A DNA stretch of 64,000 nt. Origin: an uncultured Bacteroidales bacterium (GTDB lineage Bacteria; Bacteroidota; Bacteroidia; Bacteroidales; UBA1402). The stretch lies in the NCBI GenBank assembly GCA_964502355.1, contig CAZCWK010000007.1:7091-71090 (forward strand). The letters are read 5' to 3'. Positions 27,507-37,449 of this stretch are shown piece after piece; the stretch's first letter is position 1; each line of letters begins with the position of its first letter. The notes below the pieces were generated by a model. It had not been told where the DNA came from. It saw only the letters and a program-made list of their open reading frames with translations, and ran no database searches. A program made the position numbers and the translations under genes.

Positions 27507-27860
27507 ATGCCAGAACATTCTTCAAAAATTTATTGGTCAATCGGCGAAGTTGCTGCAATGTTTGATGTAAATGAATCTCTGCTTCGTTATTGGGAAAAAG
27601 AGTTTGATATTATCAAACCTAAGAAAAACAGTAAGGGCACCCGTTCATACACCAAAGATGATATTGAGGCTATTAAATTGATTTTTCATCTTGTAAAGGA
27701 AAAGAAAATGACGTTGACCGGAGCCAAGAGTCAGATTAAAAGTCAAAAAAGAAGTGTTTCTTCTAAAATAGAAGCTACGGAAAGACTAAAAAAGGTCAGG
27801 GAAGGATTGCTTGAGTTGAAAACCATGCTTTCGGAAATAGATCCGGAAGAAGATGATTAA
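27507..27860 (+). CDS. MerR family transcriptional regulator (small, no obvious effector domain)
   Basis: 117 aa with the N-terminal MerR HTH YWSIGEVAAMFDVNESLLRYWEKEF. Confidence 0.8.
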   Translation: MPEHSSKIYWSIGEVAAMFDVNESLLRYWEKEFDIIKPKKNSKGTRSYTKDDIEAIKLIFHLVKEKKMTLTGAKSQIKSQKRSVSSKIEATERLKKVREGLLELKTMLSEIDPEEDD

Positions 27861-30139
27861 TTGTTTTCGTTTTTATCCTTTCTGTGTACGTACTGGATAC
27901 TTTTAATTCCCGCAATTTTCATACATAAATTTTGAACATCCTCAACATCGTGGACGTTAAGTTCAATTGTTCCGCTAAAAATACCGTCTTTTGTATCAAA
28001 AGATAACTTAGTCATATTTACCAGCATTTCATCAGACACTATCTTCACTACCTGACTTACAAGACCTACTTCGTCTATGCCTCTCAATTCTAAAATTATC
28101 GGGAAAGACATTTCTTTTTTTGTAGCCCACTGAGTTGATATAATTCTTGAGCCGAAACTGGTTTTAAGTCTCACGGCAACAGGGCATTGTCTTTTATGAA
28201 TACTTATGAAACCATCATCTTCTATATAACCAAGAACTTCATCTCCGGGTATTGGCTTACAACATTCTGCAAGTCTGAATCTTTCTTTAATAGACTCTTC
28301 AGTAAGTTCATATGTTTTTTTGATATCGATTCTATCTGCATCAGGCTTTTTTTCGATTTCAGATTCTGAAACCTTAGATTTCCTTGGAGAAGATTTGAAT
28401 GCATTTTTCCAATACTTAAGGATGCTTCCATATCTGCTTTTCTTGAAATGCTGAAGACTATCCTCCAGATTAATTTCGTTATAAGCTGTTTTTTGGTAAA
28501 GCTCATCACGGTTTGAACAGCCGAAGACATTGCATAAAATATCAATGGTCTGAGTATCAATCTGAACATTTTGACTTGAAAGGAAATCCATTATGATTTC
28601 TTCACCCTTTTTCAGGGTATCTTTACTGTCTTTTTTGAATTTAGCCTTCAGTTTAGTCTGAGCACGGGCTGTTGTGACATAATCCAGCCACTCAGCTTTT
28701 GGTGCCTGATTTTTTGATGTTAATATCTCAACCTGATCTCCACTTTTAAGTCTGTGACTTAACGGTACCAGTTTATGATTGACTTTAGCACCAATACAAT
28801 GGAAGCCGAGTTCACTATGAAGTTCAAAAGCAAAGTCCAGAGCTGAAGAACCGGCAGGCATTGTCTTTATTTCTCCTTTTGGAGTAAAAACGAAAATTTC
28901 AGAAGAAAACAGGTTTAGTTTAATTGTGTCAAGAAAGTCTATAGAGTTAGGCTCAGGATTTTCAAGAATTTCCTTAATTGTATCAATCCATTTATTTAAT
29001 TCAGCTTCTTCTTCGATTTCCCCTGACTTATATTTCCAGTGTGCTGCAAAACCTCTTTCAGCAACTTCGTCCATTCTGGAGCTTCTTATCTGAACTTCTA
29101 TCCAATCTCCCATAGGGCCCATTGCCGTAACGTGTAAAGCCTGATATCCATTTGCTTTGGGATTACTCACCCAGTCCCTTATGCGATCAGGGTGATGCTT
29201 GTAAATGTCAGTTACAACAGAATAAATATCCCAACAACGTTTTTTTTCTTCAGTAAAAACATCAGGGTTATTTTTGGATATTTTTGTGTTGAATATTATT
29301 CTGACAGCAAGTAAGTCAAATATTTCTTCAAAAGGAATGCCCTTAGATTGCATCTTATTCCATACCGAGTAAACAGACTTTGTCCTGGCTTTTATCTTGT
29401 ATTCAAATCCCATCTTATCAAGTTTTTCCTTGATAGGTTTGGTGAAAAGCTCAGTTTCCTTGTCTCTTTTTTCTTTGGTGCTTTCAATCTTCTTAGAAAT
29501 TTCAGCATAAGTTTCAGGATGTTCATATTTAAAACTCAGGTTTTCAAGCTCGGTTTTAATTCTGTTTAATCCAAGCCTGTTCGCTAATGGAGCGTATATA
29601 AATATGGTTTCTCCACAGATTTTATATTGTTTACTCGGAAGCATGAATCCCAGAGTCCTCATATTGTGAAGCCTGTCAGCTATCTTTATCAGAACAACTC
29701 TGATGTCCTCAGACATTGTAAGTAATAATCTTCTGAAGTTTTCAGCCTGTGCCGACGCCTGATCTCCAAATATACCACCTGAAATCTTGGTAAGGCCATC
29801 AACAATCATTGCTATCTTAGGTCCAAAATTTTTCTCAATATCGTCAACAGTATATTCGGTATCTTCAACTACGTCATGAAGCAAAGCTGAACATATAGAG
29901 GTAGATCCAAGACCGATTTCAGTACAACATATCCTTGCAACTGTAATCGGGTGCATTATGTATGGTTCGCCAGACCTTCTTTTGATACCCTTGTGTGCCT
30001 GGTTGGCGAAATTAAAAGCTTTAGTAATCAGTTCAACCTTTTTCCTGTGGTTGGACGCAAGATATTCATTTAATAACTGCTGAAACGCATTATTTATCAA
30101 ATCATTGTCAGCTTCACTGAAAACCGGGGTATCTGCCAT
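27857..30139 (-). CDS. Bifunctional (p)ppGpp synthetase/hydrolase, RelA/SpoT homologue
   Basis: 760 aa. HD hydrolase ALLHDVVEDT, synthetase YQALHVTAMG, TGS IFVFTPKGEIKTMPAGSSALDFA, and a C-terminal ACT-like domain. Confidence 0.95.
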   Translation of the reverse strand: MADTPVFSEADNDLINNAFQQLLNEYLASNHRKKVELITKAFNFANQAHKGIKRRSGEPYIMHPITVARICCTEIGLGSTSICSALLHDVVEDTEYTVDDIEKNFGPKIAMIVDGLTKISGGIFGDQASAQAENFRRLLLTMSEDIRVVLIKIADRLHNMRTLGFMLPSKQYKICGETIFIYAPLANRLGLNRIKTELENLSFKYEHPETYAEISKKIESTKEKRDKETELFTKPIKEKLDKMGFEYKIKARTKSVYSVWNKMQSKGIPFEEIFDLLAVRIIFNTKISKNNPDVFTEEKKRCWDIYSVVTDIYKHHPDRIRDWVSNPKANGYQALHVTAMGPMGDWIEVQIRSSRMDEVAERGFAAHWKYKSGEIEEEAELNKWIDTIKEILENPEPNSIDFLDTIKLNLFSSEIFVFTPKGEIKTMPAGSSALDFAFELHSELGFHCIGAKVNHKLVPLSHRLKSGDQVEILTSKNQAPKAEWLDYVTTARAQTKLKAKFKKDSKDTLKKGEEIIMDFLSSQNVQIDTQTIDILCNVFGCSNRDELYQKTAYNEINLEDSLQHFKKSRYGSILKYWKNAFKSSPRKSKVSESEIEKKPDADRIDIKKTYELTEESIKERFRLAECCKPIPGDEVLGYIEDDGFISIHKRQCPVAVRLKTSFGSRIISTQWATKKEMSFPIILELRGIDEVGLVSQVVKIVSDEMLVNMTKLSFDTKDGIFSGTIELNVHDVEDVQNLCMKIAGIKSIQYVHRKDKNENN

Positions 30140-30142
30140 ACA

Positions 30143-31405
30143 TCAAAATATTTTCAAACGCTGACCTGGAAATATTTTAGTGGAATGCATGCCATTCCAT
30201 TTTTTAAGTTGTGAAACCTTAACTCTGTTCCTGTTTGCAATAGTTCCGAGTGTATCACCAGTGCGGACTTTGTAAATTTTGTAATTTCTAACCAGTTCTT
30301 TTAAAGGAGCAGGTGTTGCAGTGTCAGCAATTACAGAAATGTACTGATCTGCCTGATATCTTGAGATACTGTCCATATTATCTATAAAAGATAAGGTAAA
30401 GCTGGATGGAAGGCAAATTGTATATGGCGTTTCTGAAGTTCCCGGAACTATATCTTTTCTGTATTGAGGATTCATAGATTGCAGTTCTCCTTTAGGAATA
30501 CCTATAACGGCTGAAACCTGATCAAAATGTATTTTTTGATTTAAAAGTATAGTATCTGTTAAAGTTGATAAATTCATCTTTACCGGGCAGATTTTATGTT
30601 CTTTGTGGTTTCTCATTACATAATTGGCTGCAATGAAAAGAGGAACATAGCCTCTGGTTTCTCTCGGCAGGTAATAATAAATATCCCAGTAGTTACGTTT
30701 GCCACCAGCGCGTCTTATTGCTTTATTCACATTGCCGGGACCGCAGTTATAGGCGGCAATAGCCATTTGCCAGTCTCCGAATATACCATAAAGATCTTTC
30801 AGATATCTGGCTGCAGCATCAGAAGATTTCAGTGGATCTCTTCTTTCATCAACCAGAGTATTAATATCCAGGCCGTAAATCCTGCCAGTCCCAAACATAA
30901 ACTGCCACAGACCTGTAGCGCCGGCTCTTGATACAGCTGCAGGATTAAGAGCGGATTCAACTACAGGAAGATACTTTAATTCAAGAGGTAAACCATATTT
31001 TTCTAAAGCATTTTCAAAATACGGGAAATAATAATCGCTCAAACCAAGCATCATTTCCATTTGTTTGCGTTTACGTACGCAATAAACATCTATAAATTTC
31101 CTGACTATATCGTTGTAAGTCATTGGAATAACAGTAGGTATAGATGAAAGTCTCTTTTTAATTACTTCATCAGAAAAACCGGGGTCAACAGAGTCACAAT
31201 CACATTTATTTGCTCTCGGACGATAAGTTTTTATGTGCCAGTCCTGAAGTAAACTGTCAAGGTTTGTATCAAGACTTTCCGGTAAATCTATACCCTGATC
31301 CACCCATGTACTGCCAAGAATGTCCTCTGTTTTCGGAATGTTATCGATTGCAAACATTGGAAAACATAAAAATGACAATAGCAGCAGGTTCAGGAAACGA
31401 ATCAT
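30143..31405 (-). CDS. Lytic murein transglycosylase (SLT domain) with C-terminal LysM, MltD-like
   Basis: ESALNPAAVSRAGATGLWQFM and AYNCGPGNV (SLT); LysM YKVRTGDTLGTIANRN. I place the start at the internal ATG at 31405 (MIRFLNLLLLSFLCFPMFA signal), because the track's upstream extension overlaps the true C-terminus of the DUF5683 gene. Confidence 0.85.
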   Translation of the reverse strand: MIRFLNLLLLSFLCFPMFAIDNIPKTEDILGSTWVDQGIDLPESLDTNLDSLLQDWHIKTYRPRANKCDCDSVDPGFSDEVIKKRLSSIPTVIPMTYNDIVRKFIDVYCVRKRKQMEMMLGLSDYYFPYFENALEKYGLPLELKYLPVVESALNPAAVSRAGATGLWQFMFGTGRIYGLDINTLVDERRDPLKSSDAAARYLKDLYGIFGDWQMAIAAYNCGPGNVNKAIRRAGGKRNYWDIYYYLPRETRGYVPLFIAANYVMRNHKEHKICPVKMNLSTLTDTILLNQKIHFDQVSAVIGIPKGELQSMNPQYRKDIVPGTSETPYTICLPSSFTLSFIDNMDSISRYQADQYISVIADTATPAPLKELVRNYKIYKVRTGDTLGTIANRNRVKVSQLKKWNGMHSTKIFPGQRLKIF

Positions 31406-31427
31406 GATAAATAAAAATGTTATAATA

Positions 31428-32124
31428 TTAAAAACTGAATGACAGACCAAGCTCAACACCTTTAGCACCTCCAAAACTGGCTGGTTTCAGAGTGGGATGA
31501 ACAGCTAAATCAGGGCTTACGTCAAAATCGTAAAGTTGCGCATCAACGTAGGCGTCTAATATACAAAATATATAAACACCAACAGCACCAATAATGCTTA
31601 AATCTCTGTAACGACGATAAACTTGTTGTCAGATTTGATGAATTATATCTTGAAGTATTTGGCAATAGCTTCTCGTAACTCTTTGTATTCGGGTCATCAT
31701 CAGAAATGTCAATATAAGCATTCGTGTAGGCTACATAATACTTGTTATTCCAGCTGATTGCGTAGGTCATTGCTGCAGTTGCAGCTCCTACAACAGGTAA
31801 TTTCCAGTATCTGCGGTTGTAAATCTGACCAAGTCCGGGGCATAAGGCAGAAAGCCATACAGCTTTAGTTGGGTCAGGTTTGTATGAGGTGTCTCTTATT
31901 GCGGCGGATATCTCTTCTATCCCTTTAACTAAAGCTGAATCTTTTTGAATGGCTTTATCAATAACAGGATGTACAACGCTGTCTGCAGTAATAACCTCTG
32001 TATGAAAAGTTTTTTCTTTTACCTGAGGTGCTTTTGTTTTAGCGGACACACCAATCAGTGGTAGCGCCATCAGGATGGTAAACAACCAGAAAAAATAATT
32101 TGATATGTTAGTTATTTTAGCCAA
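31428..32124 (-). pseudogene. DUF5683-family membrane protein, reading frame broken by a +1 shift near 31619-31621
   Basis: The track ORF (31543-32124) carries the family core LCPGLGQIYNRRYWKLP but ends in a nonsense tail (...LQRFKHYWCCWCLYILYIRRLR). The adjacent frame reads YRRYRDLSIIGAVGVYIFCILDAYVDAQLYDFDVSPDLAVHPTLKP...LSFSF* down to 31428, which is the expected family C-terminus. Confidence 0.6.
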
Positions 32125-33009
32125 TTAATTGTTAATCATTTTGTCAAAGTGTTCCATTAGCATCTCCAGTTGCTTTTCAGACTTAAATGGAATGCTGATT
32201 GAACCTCTGCCGTTATTACCTATGGTAAACTTTACGTTGGTTTTAAGCTGTTCGGAAAGCATTTTCTGTAATGCCAAATATTCTTCAGGAGTTTTTAGTT
32301 TTTTTACTTTCTCCTTTTTTACAGGGGTTTCTTCCTCAGGTTGAGTAAGGCTTTTGACAATTTCTTCAACCTTTCTGACTGAATAACCATATATAAGAAT
32401 ATCCTCATACAAAGAAAGTAATACTTTGGGATCTTCTATGCCTAAAAGGGCTTTTGCATGTCCTACGTCAATTTTTTTATTTTTCAGACCAATCTGAATT
32501 TCGGCAGGCAGCTTTAAAAGTCTTAGATAATTAGCAATGGTTGCTCTCTTTTTACCCAGTCTTTCGCTGAGTTTTTCCTGAGTCAGATTATAAATTTCCA
32601 GAAGCTTTTGGAAAGCCAATGCGATTTCAATTGAATTCAAATCTTCCCTCTGGATATTTTCAATCAATGCCATTTCCATGACAGTATCATCCTCTGCTGT
32701 TTTTATATAAGCAGGGATTCTTTTCAGACCTGCAAGTTTGGCAGCCCTGTATCTTCTCTCTCCGGCAATAATCTGGTAATTCCCTTCTGAAATCATTCTC
32801 AGTGAAACCGGTTGTATTACACCAAGATTTTTGATTGATGTTGAGAGTTCTGAAAGAGAGTCTTCATCAAAATCCCTTCTTGGCTGGTCAGGATTTGGGA
32901 AAATCATCGAGATTTCAACTTCGTTAATAGAAGATGATCCTTCGGTGCGTATATCGTCGGTGCTTAATAAAGCATCCAGGCCTCTGCCTAATGAGCCTTT
33001 CTTAACCAT
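32125..33009 (-). CDS. parB: Chromosome partitioning protein ParB
   Basis: 294 aa. ParB box IIAGERRYRAAKLAGL and an HTH region. Directly downstream of parA. Confidence 0.93.
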   Translation of the reverse strand: MVKKGSLGRGLDALLSTDDIRTEGSSSINEVEISMIFPNPDQPRRDFDEDSLSELSTSIKNLGVIQPVSLRMISEGNYQIIAGERRYRAAKLAGLKRIPAYIKTAEDDTVMEMALIENIQREDLNSIEIALAFQKLLEIYNLTQEKLSERLGKKRATIANYLRLLKLPAEIQIGLKNKKIDVGHAKALLGIEDPKVLLSLYEDILIYGYSVRKVEEIVKSLTQPEEETPVKKEKVKKLKTPEEYLALQKMLSEQLKTNVKFTIGNNGRGSISIPFKSEKQLEMLMEHFDKMINN

Positions 33010-33011
33010 TT

Positions 33012-33779
33012 TTATTTCTTGTTTTTCTGTAAAAGTTCGTTAGCTAATTGCATATAGTCTATTGCCCCTTTTGAATCAGCGTCAAATAAAACAACGGGAG
33101 TACCAAAACTCGGGGCTTCGCTAAGTTTTACATTTCTCTGAATATTGGTTTTGAAAACCAAATCCTGGAAGTGTCTTCTTACTTCCTCACTTACCTGTTT
33201 TGCGTGTCTCAACCTTGAGTCATACATCGTCAGCAAAAATCCTTCTATTTCGAGTTTGGGATTGAGTTTTGACTTAATAATTTTAATAGTGTTCAGAAGT
33301 TTGCTGATACCCTCGAGAGCAAAATATTCACATTGTACAGGTATCAGAACAGAGTCTGCGGCAGTAAGCGAATTGACAGTTATCAGGCCTAATGATGGTG
33401 AGCAGTCAATTATTATATAATCATATTTATCTTTTAAAGGCTCCAGGACATTTTTCATGATTTTTTCTCTGTCCTTAATATTTATCATTTCCAGCTCTGC
33501 TCCGACAAGGTCAATATGAGACGGAAGTACACTAAGGTTTTCAAGCTCAGTTTTGATAATGGCCTTCTCAGGATCAGCATTGTTTATCAAACATTCATAG
33601 ATAGTCTTGTCAAGCTTTTTAATATCAATACCCAGGCCGGATGATGAATTGGCCTGTGGATCAGCATCAACGATAAGTACTTTTTTTTCAAGTACTGCAA
33701 TCGAAGCGGACAGATTTATTGATGTTGTCGTTTTTCCTACACCACCTTTTTGATTGGCTATGGCAATTATCTTTCCCAT
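33012..33779 (-). CDS. parA: Chromosome partitioning ATPase ParA/Soj
   Basis: 255 aa with the deviant Walker A IANQKGGVGKTTTSINL. Confidence 0.95.
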   Translation of the reverse strand: MGKIIAIANQKGGVGKTTTSINLSASIAVLEKKVLIVDADPQANSSSGLGIDIKKLDKTIYECLINNADPEKAIIKTELENLSVLPSHIDLVGAELEMINIKDREKIMKNVLEPLKDKYDYIIIDCSPSLGLITVNSLTAADSVLIPVQCEYFALEGISKLLNTIKIIKSKLNPKLEIEGFLLTMYDSRLRHAKQVSEEVRRHFQDLVFKTNIQRNVKLSEAPSFGTPVVLFDADSKGAIDYMQLANELLQKNKK

Positions 33780-33901
33780 TTGTCAAATGATTCGTTTTAG
33801 CTGTATTTTCATAATACAGGCTGATGAAAATTTTCAATGCGCAAAGATATTGAATTTTTTCAATTATCATTTTTGTACATTTGTAGTCAAGTCAAAATCA
33901 T

Positions 33902-34669
33902 ATGAGCAAAAAACCATTAATTCTGTTGTCAAATGACGATGGATATGAGGCCAAAGGTTTGGTCTCTCTTATCGAAATCATCAGATCCTGTGGTGATTTG
34001 GTGGTTGTAGCACCGGATTCTCCAAGATCCGGAATGTCGACTGCAATAACAGTTACGACCCCTTTACGTATAAAACTTGTATCAGAAGAGGAAGGTTTAA
34101 AAATATATAAATCTAACGGAACCCCCGTAGATTGTGTTAAGCTGGCACTCAATCAGATCTTAAAAGACAGAAAACCCGATATCGTTTTGTCCGGAATTAA
34201 TCACGGAACAAATTCCTCAGTTGCCATTCATTATTCAGGAACGATGGGTGCTGTGCTCGAAGCATGTATGAACGGAATTCCGGCTATAGGTTTCTCACTT
34301 GATGACCATTCTTTTGATGCTGATTTTTGTCCGGCCGGGACATATATAAAAAAAATTACTCAAGAAGTATTACGTAACGGTTTGCCTTCTGATTGTTGTC
34401 TGAATGTAAACATACCTCAGACAAATGATTTAAAAGGTGTAAGACTTTGCAGACAGGCAAATGGCCGCTGGATTGAGGAATTCGAAAAACGTGAGCATCC
34501 GAAGGGTGGCAACTACTACTGGCTCACCGGAAATTTCCATAATGATGAGCCTTTTGCGCCTGATACAGATATGTTTGCATTGAGTGAAGGATATATTTCA
34601 GTAGTACCTTCTAAAATAGATATGACTTCATATGAGTTGCTTGAAACCATGAAAAACTGGGACTTATAA
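33902..34669 (+). CDS. surE: 5'/3'-nucleotidase SurE
   Basis: 255 aa. ILLSNDDGYEAKG and GINHGTN motifs. Confidence 0.93.
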   Translation: MSKKPLILLSNDDGYEAKGLVSLIEIIRSCGDLVVVAPDSPRSGMSTAITVTTPLRIKLVSEEEGLKIYKSNGTPVDCVKLALNQILKDRKPDIVLSGINHGTNSSVAIHYSGTMGAVLEACMNGIPAIGFSLDDHSFDADFCPAGTYIKKITQEVLRNGLPSDCCLNVNIPQTNDLKGVRLCRQANGRWIEEFEKREHPKGGNYYWLTGNFHNDEPFAPDTDMFALSEGYISVVPSKIDMTSYELLETMKNWDL

Positions 34670-34679
34670 AAAATAATAA

Positions 34680-35831
34680 ATGAAGTATTTTATTATCGCC
34701 GGTGAAGCCTCGGGTGATCTCCATTCATCAAATCTGATGAAAGAGATTACTAAAATTGACCTGAATGCTGAGTTCAGGTTTCTTGGTGGTGATAAAATGC
34801 TGTCAGTAGGAGGGCACATAGTCAGACATTACAGGGATATGGCATTCATGGGGCTGTTTTCTGTTTTAAAAAACCTGGACAAGATTTCTAAAAATTTTGA
34901 TATCTGTAAAAAAGAACTCCTGACCTGGAAACCTGATGTTTTGATTCTGGTCGATTATGCAAGTTTTAATTTGCGTATAGCAGAGTTTGTAAAGAAAAAC
35001 TTACCCGAAATACCTGTTCATTTTTATATATCTCCCAAGATATGGGCCTGGAAAGAATACCGCATAAAGGCATTTAAAAGTTACATAGATAAAATGTATG
35101 TAATTCTTCCCTTTGAAACCGAATTTTTTGGGAGACATAATTTCCCGGTTTCTTACGTGGGAAATCCCTGCGTGGATAGTGTGGATGAATTTCTGAATAG
35201 TGAAAGGCCTGATAATGAAAGTTTCCGTAAAAAACATAATCTGAATTCCAGACCGATACTGGCATTATTACCGGGCAGCAGGACAAGTGAAATCAACCGC
35301 AATTTACCTGCGATGTACAGGGTAGCATCGGAATTTGATAAATTTCAGATAGTTGTTTCGGGAGCACCGGGTATTGAACCGGATTATTACAAGAAGTTTT
35401 TAACTTCTGATACAAAAATCGTTTTCGGAGAAACCTACAGTTTGCTTGAACATTCACATACGGCACTTGTAACTTCCGGTACTGCAACTCTGGAGACAGC
35501 ATTGTTTGGAAGACCTCAGGTCGTTTGTTTCGGTGTGCCTTTTGGCAATATTCCTAACTGGATATTCAGCCATTTCATGCATGTAAAATATATTTCACTG
35601 GTAAATCTTATTGCCGGGTATACGGTAGTTGATGAATTAATGGGTGCATTGTTTAACGAAGTTAATCTGAATGCAGCTCTGGAACCTTTGCTAAATGATA
35701 GCCCTGAAAGGAAGGCGATGCTTAAAGGTTATTCTGAGATGAAGAAAAGACTGGGCGGACCCGGTGCCTCAGAAAGAACTGCAAGGCTGATATATGATGA
35801 ACTATGCCTGAAGTCAAGTGAGGATTTTTGA
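34680..35831 (+). CDS. lpxB: Lipid-A-disaccharide synthase
   Basis: 383 aa. N-terminal IIAGEASGDLHSSNLM; GT19 architecture. Confidence 0.93.
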   Translation: MKYFIIAGEASGDLHSSNLMKEITKIDLNAEFRFLGGDKMLSVGGHIVRHYRDMAFMGLFSVLKNLDKISKNFDICKKELLTWKPDVLILVDYASFNLRIAEFVKKNLPEIPVHFYISPKIWAWKEYRIKAFKSYIDKMYVILPFETEFFGRHNFPVSYVGNPCVDSVDEFLNSERPDNESFRKKHNLNSRPILALLPGSRTSEINRNLPAMYRVASEFDKFQIVVSGAPGIEPDYYKKFLTSDTKIVFGETYSLLEHSHTALVTSGTATLETALFGRPQVVCFGVPFGNIPNWIFSHFMHVKYISLVNLIAGYTVVDELMGALFNEVNLNAALEPLLNDSPERKAMLKGYSEMKKRLGGPGASERTARLIYDELCLKSSEDF

Positions 35832-35896
35832 AAATCCATTATAAGTATAAGCTTAACATAAAGTGCTCCAAACTGCCCTAATAAAAACGATGTTTT

Positions 35897-37291
35897 ATGA
35901 ATAAGAACTATTTTAGAAGACTATCTGTTTTTTTGTTTACAGTTTTTATGTTTGCCGGTTGCAGTGATGAATTTTTAGAAAAGTTTAAAACTAAATTTTC
36001 TGATGAAATCGAATCCGGTAGTATCGGTGAAGTAGAAGAAAAATTAACCGGAGGATGGAACCTTTATATTGCCAATGACAATGACGATCAATCATTGCCC
36101 GAATCATGGCGCAGCTGGTGGTACTTTAAGGTTGACAGAATGGATACTTCTGAACCTGTATCAATGACTTTCAGGGATTCAGGATGGCCATATTATTATG
36201 TCCCTGTTTATTCATACGATAACAAGGAGTGGTTTCACTTTTCAGAAGATGAAGTTGATTTAAACAGGAAGAAAGAGATAGTCATAACCAAACAATTTGA
36301 AGAAAGTACAGTCTGGATTGCAAGATTTTACCCTTATACTTTTTCTGATCTAGAAAAATATGTGGAAAGTATTAAAAACAGTCCATTCATTGATGTGAAA
36401 ATACCTGGTTATACTCAGGAAGGTCATCCTATATACTTATTTAAGCTGACTAACAGCAAATACTCTGCTGCATTTAAAAAAAGGATTATTATGCATGCAA
36501 GAACACATCCAGCTGAAACCCCTTCTTCCTTTTTAATTGAAGGCATGATCGACTACCTGCTAAAAGGTTCAAGAGATGCAATTGAAATACTTTCAAATTT
36601 TGAGATCTACATATTTCCTATGCAAAATGTTGACGGAGTAATAGCTGGTAATTACCGTTCTACGCCAAAATCAGAAAACCTTGAGATGCTATGGAATTAT
36701 GATATGGCTAATCCGATGAATCTGGTTTCAACAACGCCACCTGAAGTGAAAGTTTTGCATGATTATATTGTCAATCTGGTTAATGATGGTGGCCCTGAAA
36801 TCACAATGGCTCTCAATCTGCATGCGTCTAACAGTGAACCCGACATTTGTCCGTTTTTTTATCCTCACTTCGGAACTCAATCACAGGGATATACAGCAGA
36901 ACAGTTCTCATTATGGAATAAACAATTAAGATTTATTGATTGTGTTGCTTCAAATTATGGTTCAGATATGATTGAGCCGATAACTGAAGAAGGTGGAGGA
37001 AGCTTTGCCACAAAAACATATCCTGAAAGCTGGTGGTGGGTTAATTTTAAGGATGAAGTTATGGCGATGACTATCGAAATGACTTATGGCAGATCAGGTT
37101 ACGATCACTGGATTGAACCTGATGATATGAGAAAGTTTGGTGTCGGGGTAATTAAAAGTATAAAAGATTACCACGATAAATCCTATAATCCGGGGACCCC
37201 GGTGAGAAAGATGCCTTTGAAGGAAAGAGTTATGGATTTGAAATATCCTGAGCTATATCCTCCGGCTTCATTAAATGAAATGAAAGAGTAA
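35897..37291 (+). CDS. M14 family zinc carboxypeptidase (cytosolic-carboxypeptidase-like subfamily), lipoprotein
   Basis: 464 aa. Lipobox FAGCSDE; zinc motif HARTHPAETPSSFLIEGMIDYL; later LNLHASN. Confidence 0.8.
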   Translation: MNKNYFRRLSVFLFTVFMFAGCSDEFLEKFKTKFSDEIESGSIGEVEEKLTGGWNLYIANDNDDQSLPESWRSWWYFKVDRMDTSEPVSMTFRDSGWPYYYVPVYSYDNKEWFHFSEDEVDLNRKKEIVITKQFEESTVWIARFYPYTFSDLEKYVESIKNSPFIDVKIPGYTQEGHPIYLFKLTNSKYSAAFKKRIIMHARTHPAETPSSFLIEGMIDYLLKGSRDAIEILSNFEIYIFPMQNVDGVIAGNYRSTPKSENLEMLWNYDMANPMNLVSTTPPEVKVLHDYIVNLVNDGGPEITMALNLHASNSEPDICPFFYPHFGTQSQGYTAEQFSLWNKQLRFIDCVASNYGSDMIEPITEEGGGSFATKTYPESWWWVNFKDEVMAMTIEMTYGRSGYDHWIEPDDMRKFGVGVIKSIKDYHDKSYNPGTPVRKMPLKERVMDLKYPELYPPASLNEMKE

Positions 37292-37321
37292 ATTTTTAAT
37301 TTCGATTTTTACAGGTATAGA

Positions 37322-37376
37322 AAAAAGAATCTCCGGTTTGTCATTTGATTAGAATGAAAAACCGGAGATTCTTTTT
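37322..37376. terminator. Bidirectional terminator between the M14 peptidase and GH51 genes
   Basis: Perfect 18-bp stem AAAAAGAATCTCCGGTTT / AAACCGGAGATTCTTTTT with a 19-nt loop. Confidence 0.6.
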
Positions 37377-37449
37377 ATTATGCACTCTTAGTCGGATTTT
37401 GCAAATTTATCTGCCTGCCAGTGCCCGTAGATGAGTTCGCAGAATCTCT

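Noticed and set aside
31406-31474. N-terminal 23-codon extension of the lytic transglycosylase ORF (MEVLKVLSLVCHSVFNIITFLFI).
   Set aside because: It overlaps, in another frame, the restored C-terminus of the DUF5683 gene. The internal Met at 31405 starts a normal signal peptide.
33780-33901. Canonical parS site (TGTTTCACGTGAAACA) near parAB.
   Set aside because: Not found by eye in the parA upstream region or inside parB. The only intergenic CACGTG-containing palindrome (46901-46918) has different arms and sits at the tetR promoter.
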